A stretch of DNA of 64,000 nt, taken from an uncultured Candidatus Saccharibacteria bacterium (GTDB taxonomy: Bacteria > Patescibacteriota > Doudnabacteria > UBA920). Where the stretch lies: NCBI GenBank assembly GCA_964597895.1, contig CAZQZS010000001.1, positions 183,178 through 247,177 on the forward strand, written 5' to 3'. Of this stretch, positions 7,092-15,752 are shown piece after piece. The first letter of the stretch is position 1; each line of letters opens with the position of its first letter. The notes beneath the pieces were generated by a model. That model was not told the DNA's origin and ran no database searches. It was given only the letters and a program-made list of their open reading frames with translations. A program made the position numbers and the translations under genes.

Positions 7092-9650
7092 ATGTTATTT
7101 GGATTTGATATCAGCACGATACTTATAGCCACACTACTACTAGCGGTTTTAGTAGTAGTCTTTGTATTGGCGGCAATGTATTACATTCACAGATTTTGGT
7201 ATTACAAGCATGTGATTTTGCCTCGCACCAAAAATTGGGTGTTCTTGGAAATTCAAATGCCCAAAGACAATAGCGACGACAAAGAACGAACCTTGCGCGA
7301 TGAGGAAAAGAAAAAACTGATTGCTGTTGCAGAGCAGCTCTACACAACTTTGTCTGGCATAAGCCATGAGAACTGGTTTTGGCAGCCCAAGGATTACATC
7401 AGTTTTGAGATTGCCTGTTCGGCAAAAAAGATTTCCTTTTATATTAACTGTCCGAAGCATCTCCAGGATTTAATCGAAAAGCAGATACAAGCGCAGTATC
7501 CGCACGCATTTATTGAAGAGATTAAAGGCTATAACCCTTTTCCTAAAGCCGGCGAGCTGGCAGCCGCAGAGCTGCAGCTTAACAAGCCGTATGTTTACCC
7601 TTTGCGAACTTACGAAGACATGGAGTCTGATCCGCTTAATGCGCTGACTAACGCCATGTCAAAGTTATCAGAACAAGATGGCGCAGCTATTCAGATGATT
7701 TTGTATCCAGCCGGAACTCACTGGCAGCTCAAACCTCGTCACATGGCCTTGGAAATTCAGCAAGGCAAAAATCCAAATACCGTAGCGCAAAGCGCTAGCG
7801 GCCGGTTTGCGCGTGAGGTCGGCACTGGACTTAAGACCAGCGTTATGGGCAGCAGCAAGCCCAGCGCCGATCAAGCTCAGATGCGCACTGATTTAAGTGG
7901 CACTTATTCCGCTATCAACTTAACCCCGATGCAGCAGGAAATGGTAAAGCGCTTTGAAGAGAAAGCCAGCCGCCCAGGGTTCTTTACGAATATTAGAATT
8001 GTGACAGCTTCAGAAGTGCCGGGTCAGGCGCGCTTGCATCTGCAAAACATTACGGCGTCATTTTTGGAATACAATATGGCTCCGTTTAATGGTTTTCGCA
8101 TTAAGTCGCGCAAGAAGAAACGGATCGTCAAAGATTATATTTTCCGCATTTACCGCCGCTACGGGCGTAAAATGATTCTGAATACCGAAGAGTTGGCCAG
8201 TATCTGGCATTTACCAACTCCATACCTGGAAACGCCAAATATCAAATGGCTGTTGTCTAAAAAGGCTCCGGCACCAGTGAATTTAGCCGAAGAAGGCTTA
8301 CTGCTCGGCCGCAACGTTTACCGCGGGGTGGAAACGAAGATTCATATCGCCAAAGAAGATCGCCGGCGCCACATGTATATTCTGGGCCGAACCGGTGTTG
8401 GTAAAACCGAAATCATGAAGTATATGGCCGTTCAAGATATCGCCAACGGAGAAGGACTTTGTATTATTGATCCGCACGGCGATTTTATAGAAGACGTTTT
8501 GCCTCATATTCCTAAGCACCGTGCCGAGGATGTAATTTTATTTGACCCTTCAGATACGGAGCGACCACTGGGACTGAACATGCTTGAGGTGAATAGGGAA
8601 GAGCAAAAGGATTTTGCGGTTCAGGAGATGATTTCTATTTTTTACAAGCTGGTAACCGACCCGGCCATGCTTGGTCCAATGTTTGAGCATAACATGCGTA
8701 ACGCAATGCTCACGCTCATGGCCGACAAGGAGCATCCGGGCACGATTGTAGAGATTCCTAGAATCTTTACAGACATGGAATTTCAAAAGTACAAAGTTTC
8801 CAAAGTTGCCGATCCAGTCGTTCGCGCGTTTTGGGAAAAAGAAATGGCTAAAACTTCTGACTTCCATAAATCAGAAATGCTCGGTTACTTGATTTCTAAA
8901 GTTGGCAGGTTCGTAGAGAATAGCATGATGCGCAATATTGTCGGGCAGGCGAAAAGTTCGTTCAACTTCCGCGACATCATGGATAGCCAAAAAATCTTGC
9001 TCGTGAATCTGGCTAAGGGCAAGATTGGGGAGATGAATGCCAAGCTGCTAGGTTTGATTATTGTCTCTAAGATTCAAATGGCGGCATTGAGCAGAGCTGA
9101 TCAGCCCGAAGATCAGCGCCGAGATTTTTACTTGTACGTTGATGAGTTTCAGAATTTCATCACTGATGCTTTTTCGTCAATCTTAAGCGAAGCGCGCAAA
9201 TACAAACTCAACTTAATTATTGCCCATCAATTTTTGGCGCAGCTTCAGCAAGCAGCAGGCGCGCAGGGCGCGGCCAGCCAAGACTTGCGCGATGCGGTAT
9301 TCGGCAATACTGGCTCCATGTTAAGTTTTCGCATCGGTGTTGAGGATGCCGAAGTAATGGCCAAAGAGTTTGCGCCAACTTTTAACGAGTTTGATTTGCT
9401 CAACATAGAACGCTATAACGCGTTTGTGAAGCTGATGGTGAATGGTTCTGCTTCTAAGCCGTTCAATATGTCGACTTATCCTTTACCCAAAGCCATAGCC
9501 GAACAAAAGCAGACGGCTGAGGCAATCAGACAGCTTTCTAGGCTAAAATATGGACGAGCTCAAGCCGAGGTAGAAGCGGGGATTTTACGGGCTAGTCAGA
9601 TTGCAGATATGATGGCAGCCGGGACAGCCACTACCGAAAAAACCTTATAA
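7092..9650 (+). CDS. Membrane-anchored P-loop ATPase, type IV coupling protein-like (VirD4/TraG family), with unusually long 400-aa pre-Walker-A region
   Basis: N-terminal TM helix; Walker A LGRTGVGKTE; DPHGDF; Walker B YLYVDEFQNF; SEARKYKLNLIIAHQFLAQL resembles T4CP RKYG/Q..QL C-terminal motif. Confidence 0.65.
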   Translation: MLFGFDISTILIATLLLAVLVVVFVLAAMYYIHRFWYYKHVILPRTKNWVFLEIQMPKDNSDDKERTLRDEEKKKLIAVAEQLYTTLSGISHENWFWQPKDYISFEIACSAKKISFYINCPKHLQDLIEKQIQAQYPHAFIEEIKGYNPFPKAGELAAAELQLNKPYVYPLRTYEDMESDPLNALTNAMSKLSEQDGAAIQMILYPAGTHWQLKPRHMALEIQQGKNPNTVAQSASGRFAREVGTGLKTSVMGSSKPSADQAQMRTDLSGTYSAINLTPMQQEMVKRFEEKASRPGFFTNIRIVTASEVPGQARLHLQNITASFLEYNMAPFNGFRIKSRKKKRIVKDYIFRIYRRYGRKMILNTEELASIWHLPTPYLETPNIKWLLSKKAPAPVNLAEEGLLLGRNVYRGVETKIHIAKEDRRRHMYILGRTGVGKTEIMKYMAVQDIANGEGLCIIDPHGDFIEDVLPHIPKHRAEDVILFDPSDTERPLGLNMLEVNREEQKDFAVQEMISIFYKLVTDPAMLGPMFEHNMRNAMLTLMADKEHPGTIVEIPRIFTDMEFQKYKVSKVADPVVRAFWEKEMAKTSDFHKSEMLGYLISKVGRFVENSMMRNIVGQAKSSFNFRDIMDSQKILLVNLAKGKIGEMNAKLLGLIIVSKIQMAALSRADQPEDQRRDFYLYVDEFQNFITDAFSSILSEARKYKLNLIIAHQFLAQLQQAAGAQGAASQDLRDAVFGNTGSMLSFRIGVEDAEVMAKEFAPTFNEFDLLNIERYNAFVKLMVNGSASKPFNMSTYPLPKAIAEQKQTAEAIRQLSRLKYGRAQAEVEAGILRASQIADMMAAGTATTEKTL

Positions 9651-9662
9651 ATTCGCTTAATT

Positions 9663-9692
9663 AACCGGACTTTTTTAAAGCCCGGTTTTTTA
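9663..9692 (+). terminator. Putative terminator after the ATPase gene
   Basis: aaccgg...ccggtt stem with large loop then tttttt; moderate. Confidence 0.4.
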
Positions 9693-9698
9693 TTTGCA

Positions 9699-9727
9699 TT
9701 GACAAAAGCTTCAAAAAGTGCTATAAT
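9699..9727 (+). promoter_or_regulatory. Perfect sigma70 consensus promoter TTGACA-17-TATAAT followed by ~140-nt structured leader
   Basis: ttgaca 9699-9704, tataat 9722-9727. Confidence 0.7.
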
Positions 9728-9867
9728 TTGCTTTAATCTGCGCAAGTGGTATTCCTTGCGAAACTGTTATGTATTATGATGGTTTCGCTGGGAAGGCGAC
9801 TTCCCTGCAAGCTAAATGCTTGTATTAGTTCTTTTACAATACAATATCTATCTTATGGAGGTGAAAG

Positions 9868-11211
9868 ATGAAATGGTTGAAAGAGTGGTTGATTTGGCTG
9901 GGCGCGTTGTTTAAGCGTTTGTTTAGCCGAAGACAACCTGAACAGAGTTCGGTAGTGCCGCCGTACAATTCGACTGGCGACTTAACGGTGCCTAAGCAAT
10001 TAGGCGCGGGTAATCCGCCGGCATCGGAGCAACTACTTAGGGAAATGTCGGAAGATATTTCTTACAGGGAAGCTGCGCTAGATGCTAAATTGGTTGATGC
10101 AAAAATCGAGCAGATGTCCGCGGAACAAAAACTCCGCGAGCGCGAGCTTGATGCGAAGGCTGCCAATGAAAAAGCTCGTTTAGAGTTTGAACAAAAGCAG
10201 TTTGAGTTAGAAGCAGAAGAACGGCGAGCTAAGCAAGCTCGGATGGACCGAGAGCATGAGCAAAAGCTTGCTCTTGTTCAGTTCAAAACTGAACAAGAAG
10301 AATTTCGTAAGAACAACGAGCAAGCTGAAACTTCGAGGCAGAAACGCCGTGAAGAGAAGCAGCAGGATCAGGCTAAGCGAGCCGAGCGAAGAGCGCAAAG
10401 ATGGCAGGCATTCAAAACGAGTGCTAGTCATATTCTTTCCAAATTGGGGAGCGGGATTCAATTCTCGTTTCGCAAAGCTTGGGAACAGCTCAACAAGAAA
10501 TGGGTAAAACCGATTCTCGGTGCTTTGCTAATCGTCGGATTCGGCTTCTGGTTTTTCCAGACGGAAACCGGACAGCTTTGGCTGTTTGGCTTTCTGGGCT
10601 GGTTAGAACAAAATCAGCAGTATGTGATCACCACACTTGGCGTTGCCTTGCTGTTAGTGCTGGCTTACAGACTGGTTCGTTCTGATCACTGGCCTGCCGT
10701 GAAAGCCTCGCTGTCTGCTTTGGTTAAGCGCAAGTCCTTTTGGGTTAGCGTCTTAACCGTCGCTTTAATTGGCGGAGTTGTTTGGCTTTACCAATCCGGA
10801 TATTTATCAGTTTGGATTGCCAACCTATTGGTATTTTTATCAGAAGTGTGGGTCTACAAGTGGTATTTATTCGTCGCGATTGCCGTGGCTGCGGTTTTGG
10901 CTGTTAGTTTTCTGCCCAGATTTGTCGGCATCAGAAGCAGGCTTGGCGTAAGCAAAGACCATCTCGTGGAGAAGGCTAGCGCCATCGCTAGAGCTTTGTC
11001 CATTGCTACCGGTGTTACCGCGGCAGTGGTTTTGCTCTTTGTCGCGGTTATCGGCATTTTGAGCCATTCAGTGTTAATCACAGTTTCGGCTCTGGGTTTA
11101 TTGCCGCTTTGCGCAGGACTGAAACCGAGCTTCGGTTTTACCGTTCGGCTGCTGGTGGTGATTCTTTTCCAAGGTTTGGCTTTAACGCTGAGCCTGGTCA
11201 GACTGAACTGA
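9868..11211 (+). CDS. Membrane protein: N-terminal E/R/K-rich coiled-coil (single-alpha-helix-like) domain plus C-terminal polytopic TM domain; hypothetical, possibly VirB6-like
   Basis: Charge-periodic segment residues ~60-190; >=6 hydrophobic helices residues 210-447. Confidence 0.55.
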   Translation: MKWLKEWLIWLGALFKRLFSRRQPEQSSVVPPYNSTGDLTVPKQLGAGNPPASEQLLREMSEDISYREAALDAKLVDAKIEQMSAEQKLRERELDAKAANEKARLEFEQKQFELEAEERRAKQARMDREHEQKLALVQFKTEQEEFRKNNEQAETSRQKRREEKQQDQAKRAERRAQRWQAFKTSASHILSKLGSGIQFSFRKAWEQLNKKWVKPILGALLIVGFGFWFFQTETGQLWLFGFLGWLEQNQQYVITTLGVALLLVLAYRLVRSDHWPAVKASLSALVKRKSFWVSVLTVALIGGVVWLYQSGYLSVWIANLLVFLSEVWVYKWYLFVAIAVAAVLAVSFLPRFVGIRSRLGVSKDHLVEKASAIARALSIATGVTAAVVLLFVAVIGILSHSVLITVSALGLLPLCAGLKPSFGFTVRLLVVILFQGLALTLSLVRLN

Positions 11212-11222
11212 GGTGAAATAAT

Positions 11223-11873
11223 ATGGCAACACGCGTAGCAAAAAGCAAAGGGCCGTTGCCTTTTGCATTAGTTGAGCTTGCTGTAAATTCTTATGTTATT
11301 GCAGGTTCTGAGGGCACTTATGAGGTTACCGTTCAGGTAATCTCATTGGCTGATCCCGAAAAGGAATCGTTCACTGTTGTTCCGTTCGTAAATGGTGTTC
11401 AGCAGCCTGGTGCAGAAATGCTATCCGGAGACCGGCTGTATACCTTTCGAGCTGTAAAGCCGGAAGAAAACAAAGACGTGGTTCTAGGTTTGGCAGAGAT
11501 TGCAGACTTGAGCAATAGAATTGAGCTCACTATCAACGCGAGCAAATTTCAAAAGCCTGCTGTAGTAGCTGCCGTAACTGCTCTAAAAGAGCTGCTAGTT
11601 ACCGCATCTTACCGTGCTCCTGACGGCAATCATCAAGTGAGAATTCTGCTGTTAGATGAAAACGGCAAGTCCAGAAATGGGCAAGTTGAAATCCTTGCTG
11701 GGCAGAATTTTGAACTGAACGGAGCTATGTGCGACGGTTCTACTATCATTGAGGTCAACGATGACAAAGGCGTATCGGTAAAAATCAAGCCTTTGTCATT
11801 TGACGAAGGCTTCTTATTTACTGATCTGGACACAAGGCTTTTTGTAAAGAAAACCTTGTTGGCAAAAAAATAA
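11223..11873 (+). CDS. Hypothetical protein (216 aa)
   Basis: ORF with good context, follows previous gene by 11 nt. Confidence 0.5.
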   Translation: MATRVAKSKGPLPFALVELAVNSYVIAGSEGTYEVTVQVISLADPEKESFTVVPFVNGVQQPGAEMLSGDRLYTFRAVKPEENKDVVLGLAEIADLSNRIELTINASKFQKPAVVAAVTALKELLVTASYRAPDGNHQVRILLLDENGKSRNGQVEILAGQNFELNGAMCDGSTIIEVNDDKGVSVKIKPLSFDEGFLFTDLDTRLFVKKTLLAKK

Positions 11874-11888
11874 GGAGAAAAGAAAAAA

Positions 11889-13988
11889 ATGATCGTAAAA
11901 GGAACTTTGCTAAAATGGTTGATCGGAGATTTTTTGTTTGATCAGTTGATGGGGCCGGTGTTCGCCGGGCTGCGCCGAATCTTTTCGCCGCTAATCGAAG
12001 CTTTCAGTAAGAAGGCTGGCGGCAAGATTGCGGAGCGGGCAGCGCAAAAATTCGCCGACGAGTTCTTCACGTTGTTGGGTGAGACCGACATCGACGAAGA
12101 ACGGCTCGCCGATGCTTTTCTTGAGCGGGACGATTATAACGAGCTTGAAGCGTTTTCGAACAAGCTCGAGATGATTGGGAATTGGTTTGCACCACACGAT
12201 TCTAAGCGCGCCGATGAAATGCGGGAGTATTTTAGAAGGTTGGTCATTCAGAAAGATGTCGAGCAGACTGGCAGAATGATAAGTTTCTTTGCGGCTATGC
12301 CGGAAGACACTTTTAAGAAGTATCTCCGGTCGATTGACATTGAACACAAAGACTTGCGCAGCAAGTATAAGTTCTTGGTCGGTTTGCAGGAGAGCTTTAA
12401 GAAAGGCGGTAAGTATGGCTTCAAGTATTTCCGTCGAGCAACTCGTCGTTACTGGCATGGCTTGTTTATGCCGATTTGGACCATGCTCAAAGCTCGCGTC
12501 CAAAAAGTCGTAATCGCCGTGCTGGCAGTTTTCACTGTATTGATCATCATGGCAGTGGCAGCTTATGCAGCCAGATGGCCTGGCGCGTTGGTAGCCTTTT
12601 TGCTGGCGATGAGTGCGGCTTTGGCTTTTCTTGAGTCGGTTTGGCTGAAGGTTTACTGGTTTGTGATTTCACTGCCGGCGAGGCTGAGCACGCAAGAAAC
12701 TGTTGATGATCTGCCGGATTTGAACGAGCTGATGGCTCGGAACGAGTATCCGCCATTGGTGCGCGGATTTCGGTTGGTCTTTATGCTGATTGCCCATTTT
12801 TTGGTCATAGTATTACTCAGACCGGATTGGGCTTGGACGTATGTGTTCTGGGGATATCTCACACTATTTCTAGTATTAAGCTCGATGTGGATTAAGGCTT
12901 ACCCTTCTCCGCAGTTTATGGCTGCGAAGGTGATTTTTACCATGACATTTCTGTTCGTCGGTTTTGTTGGTTCGGTCAGGGTTTTCCCAGCTCAAGCTAA
13001 ATCCGCCGAGCTGAGCTATCAGCGCTACATGAGCACCTGGAACCAGCAAAATATTGTTGATGAACTCAATAATAATCCGGAGTTGGTTGCTACAGAGTCC
13101 GCTCTGGGTTGGCAGTTTGATCGCGATGAATTTGGCACCCCAGTTCTGGATGCAAGCGGTTTCGTTGCTGTTCAGCCATGCATGGTGAATATCAAGGGCG
13201 AGCAGGTGCAGTTTAGGTTGTCTAAAGGGGATCGGTTTAAGATTCTTGGCGACGGCGTTACTGTAAATGCTGGCGAGCCTTTAGTTCAGGTTTATGTTCC
13301 TAATCAGGACGGATCCTGGATCCAAGGTCCCTCTAGTCCTAAGTGCTGGGTTCCAGTAGCGAAGACTGGCCTGGCTATTCCGAAATCGCAATCGCAGAAT
13401 CCGTCGGCGCTAGTTTGGGTTAAACCAGATTCTGCGCCGCAGCCTGCTCCCACGCAAGAAACCGCGCCGACTCCCAAAACCGATGACATCAAAGCTATTC
13501 AGGCTTCGGTGGAATCTGTTACTGGCACGCAGCCGAGCGCTGCCAAGAAGCAATTCTTGGTCAACGCCACGGCTGTTTATGCCAGCGGCATTTGGGTAAC
13601 TAAAGGTCAAACCATTGTAGTCAAAGCTTCCGGGAAAGTGAACTCTTTGCCTGAAGCCAAGAACTACGACGCAACTTACCGCTGGGTCGGTCCGGATGGC
13701 TGGGGACAGAAAAGCCCTGGTTATATTACCGAGGGTGGAAAGTCCTTGGCCGGACCGCTTCCAGCTGGTTCTTCCTACTTGGCGCTTGCTGCTCGTGTTG
13801 CTACCAGTCAGCCGTCACTTGTTGATGGCAAATGGCTGATGGTGGGCAGCAGCAAGACCTTTACTGCGGAACAAGATGGGTATTTGTATTTTGTGCTCAA
13901 CGAGGTACTTCAGGAGAATGGCTATTCTCGGTTGGAATACCTCACTAACAATCAAGGAGGATTTCAGGTTGAGGTGAAAGTGCAATGA
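11889..13988 (+). CDS. Large membrane protein (699 aa): soluble N-domain, ~6 TM helices, PT-rich linker, C-terminal probable beta-sandwich extracytoplasmic domain
   Basis: Hydrophobic stretches residues ~200-370; linker PAPTQETAPTPKTDD; C-terminal GYLYFVLNE...NQGGFQVEVKV. Confidence 0.55.
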   Translation: MIVKGTLLKWLIGDFLFDQLMGPVFAGLRRIFSPLIEAFSKKAGGKIAERAAQKFADEFFTLLGETDIDEERLADAFLERDDYNELEAFSNKLEMIGNWFAPHDSKRADEMREYFRRLVIQKDVEQTGRMISFFAAMPEDTFKKYLRSIDIEHKDLRSKYKFLVGLQESFKKGGKYGFKYFRRATRRYWHGLFMPIWTMLKARVQKVVIAVLAVFTVLIIMAVAAYAARWPGALVAFLLAMSAALAFLESVWLKVYWFVISLPARLSTQETVDDLPDLNELMARNEYPPLVRGFRLVFMLIAHFLVIVLLRPDWAWTYVFWGYLTLFLVLSSMWIKAYPSPQFMAAKVIFTMTFLFVGFVGSVRVFPAQAKSAELSYQRYMSTWNQQNIVDELNNNPELVATESALGWQFDRDEFGTPVLDASGFVAVQPCMVNIKGEQVQFRLSKGDRFKILGDGVTVNAGEPLVQVYVPNQDGSWIQGPSSPKCWVPVAKTGLAIPKSQSQNPSALVWVKPDSAPQPAPTQETAPTPKTDDIKAIQASVESVTGTQPSAAKKQFLVNATAVYASGIWVTKGQTIVVKASGKVNSLPEAKNYDATYRWVGPDGWGQKSPGYITEGGKSLAGPLPAGSSYLALAARVATSQPSLVDGKWLMVGSSKTFTAEQDGYLYFVLNEVLQENGYSRLEYLTNNQGGFQVEVKVQ

Positions 13989-14023
13989 ATTATCAAAAAA
14001 TTCAGTGCAAATCACCTCCATAA

Positions 14024-14053
14024 AGAGACGTTGCAAAAACGTCTCTTTTAATT
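14024..14053 (+). terminator. Rho-independent terminator
   Basis: agagacgtt-gcaaa-aacgtctct then tttt. Confidence 0.8.
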
Positions 14054-14151
14054 TGCCAAAAAAAGGACTTGTGTTATAATAATTTAAAGTATTCTAGTTT
14101 GAAACCCAAACAAAAGTTCGCAAGAATACAAACAAAAATTCAACTAAAGTT

Positions 14152-14781
14152 ATGGATAAACACGCAAATTTGGCATTAATCGTGCAGATGATTGAAGCGG
14201 CTGAAAAAAACATTCAGTCTGCTAAGCATTTGTTGCGAGAAATGGCGGGCGGAGCACCAGTCAGAGGCAGCAGCAATATTGCCGAAAAAGTAACTGGTTT
14301 GGCGGTTTTAGATGGCGGCAAGATTATTGAAGGCGTGTTTGACGGCCAAAATATGATTGGTCCGGACAACAAGCAGTACCCAGTTCCAGCTAACTATGCT
14401 TCAAAATCTAAACTCGTAGAAGGAGACGTGCTTAAACTCACGATTGCTGATGATGGCTCCTTTATTTACAAACAAATTGGTCCGGTTGATCGCAAGAAGA
14501 TGATTGGTATGCTCCTGCAAGATGAAAACGGCGATTATAAAGTAATTGCTGATGGGAAAACTTTCCGAGTCCTTTTGGCTTCTTTAACTTATTTTAAAGC
14601 GTCAGCTGGCGATGAAGTCACGATTGTGGTTCCGCAAGAAGGCGATAGCCAATGGGCAGCCGTAGAGAATGTCATCAAGCACGGTGCAAATGCAGATTCA
14701 GAATTCAGTGCCGCTAGTGGGGAAGTTGATCCGGATGTAGAAGCGGATTCTTTAGCGCAACCAGAAACCGAAGAGTTTTAA
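14152..14781 (+). CDS. Hypothetical soluble protein (209 aa), acidic C-terminus
   Basis: ORF preceded by TTGCCA-16-TGTTATAAT promoter at 14053-14083. Confidence 0.55.
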   Translation: MDKHANLALIVQMIEAAEKNIQSAKHLLREMAGGAPVRGSSNIAEKVTGLAVLDGGKIIEGVFDGQNMIGPDNKQYPVPANYASKSKLVEGDVLKLTIADDGSFIYKQIGPVDRKKMIGMLLQDENGDYKVIADGKTFRVLLASLTYFKASAGDEVTIVVPQEGDSQWAAVENVIKHGANADSEFSAASGEVDPDVEADSLAQPETEEF

Positions 14782-14798
14782 ATTAAAATTTTTAATTC

Positions 14799-14934
14799 TT
14801 TGGCCAATTTCTTTGTCGTCAGCTCCGCTACTCGTTCACCGTAACTTTCATTACGACTCACTCGTTGCTCGCTGACTCCTGGCTCGCGATGGTCGGGCTT
14901 TGCCCGACCAAGCTCGTGTCGAACTTGACTCAAA
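14799..14934 (+). repeat. Family-C structured intergenic repeat, copy 1, with extra ggtcgggc-ttt-gcccgacc hairpin
   Basis: Shares ttggccaatttctttgtc...ctcgttcaccgtaacttNcattacgRctcactcgKtgctc...gaacttgRctcaaa with 17303-17400. Confidence 0.8.
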
Positions 14935-14975
14935 TAATTAAAAATTAAGAATTTAATTAGAAATTAAGAATTTCG

Positions 14976-15647
14976 ATGCAAAATACAGCCCAGCTCAGTT
15001 TAAATCAGAAAGTTGCCAACTTTTTGGCAGCTAAGCCAGTAATCTTGCAAATCTTGCGCTTTGGTGCCATTGGCACCCTTAACACGGCGCTGGATTTTAT
15101 TATACTTAACTACGTAACCGAAACTTTCGGAGTAGTAAGTGGTGTGCCTTTAGGACTTTTGAACGTAATTAGTTTTAGCGCGGCAGTAATTCAGAGTTAT
15201 TTATGGAACCGGGCTTGGACTTTTGCCAGCTTCAACCTTTCGCCATTCGCAAATGCGTTTAGATTGGTCGTAGTAGGCACTTTGGGTTTCGTTGCGTTTT
15301 TGCTTGTAATTTTTGGTGGTTTGCAAAATGCGGCAGAAAATTATTACTTATTTATTTTAATTGTCTTTATCGTTGTAGAAATCGTGATTTGGTATGCCTT
15401 TGGGCTTAAGTTAACTAGCAAGGACGATCGCGGCGTTGGCCAGCAGTTTGCCGTATTTATGTCTATTAGCCTAATTGGCCTGCTGATCAATAGCGGTATT
15501 GTTGCTTTAGCTTCTATTGCCTTGGCACCTTCTCTTTCCAGCCTTATCAATGAAGCTAGTATCAAGAATGCAGCCAAGATTTTGGCAACTGGTGTATCGC
15601 TCATCTGGAACTTCCTGGGCTACAAGCTTGTAGTGTTTAAGAAGTAG
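14976..15647 (+). CDS. GtrA-family membrane protein
   Basis: RFGAIGTLNTALDF ... NRAWTF motifs typical of GtrA; multiple TM helices. Confidence 0.6.
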   Translation: MQNTAQLSLNQKVANFLAAKPVILQILRFGAIGTLNTALDFIILNYVTETFGVVSGVPLGLLNVISFSAAVIQSYLWNRAWTFASFNLSPFANAFRLVVVGTLGFVAFLLVIFGGLQNAAENYYLFILIVFIVVEIVIWYAFGLKLTSKDDRGVGQQFAVFMSISLIGLLINSGIVALASIALAPSLSSLINEASIKNAAKILATGVSLIWNFLGYKLVVFKK

Positions 15648-15706
15648 AAATCCACGGCTTTAGGCGTTATTCTTCTCGCTTATCCATACTTGACTTTTTT
15701 CACCCA

Positions 15707-15735
15707 AAACCGCTCAATTAAGAGCGGTTTTGTTA
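15707..15735 (+). terminator. Terminator hairpin abutting dnaX promoter
   Basis: aaaccgctc-aatta-gagcggttt then tgtt. Confidence 0.6.
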
Positions 15736-15744
15736 TGGTATAAT
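15736..15744 (+). promoter_or_regulatory. Extended -10 promoter TGgTATAAT; dnaX ATG 8 nt downstream (leaderless)
   Basis: tggtataat 15736-15744; ATG 15753. Confidence 0.55.
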
Positions 15745-15752
15745 GATTATAT

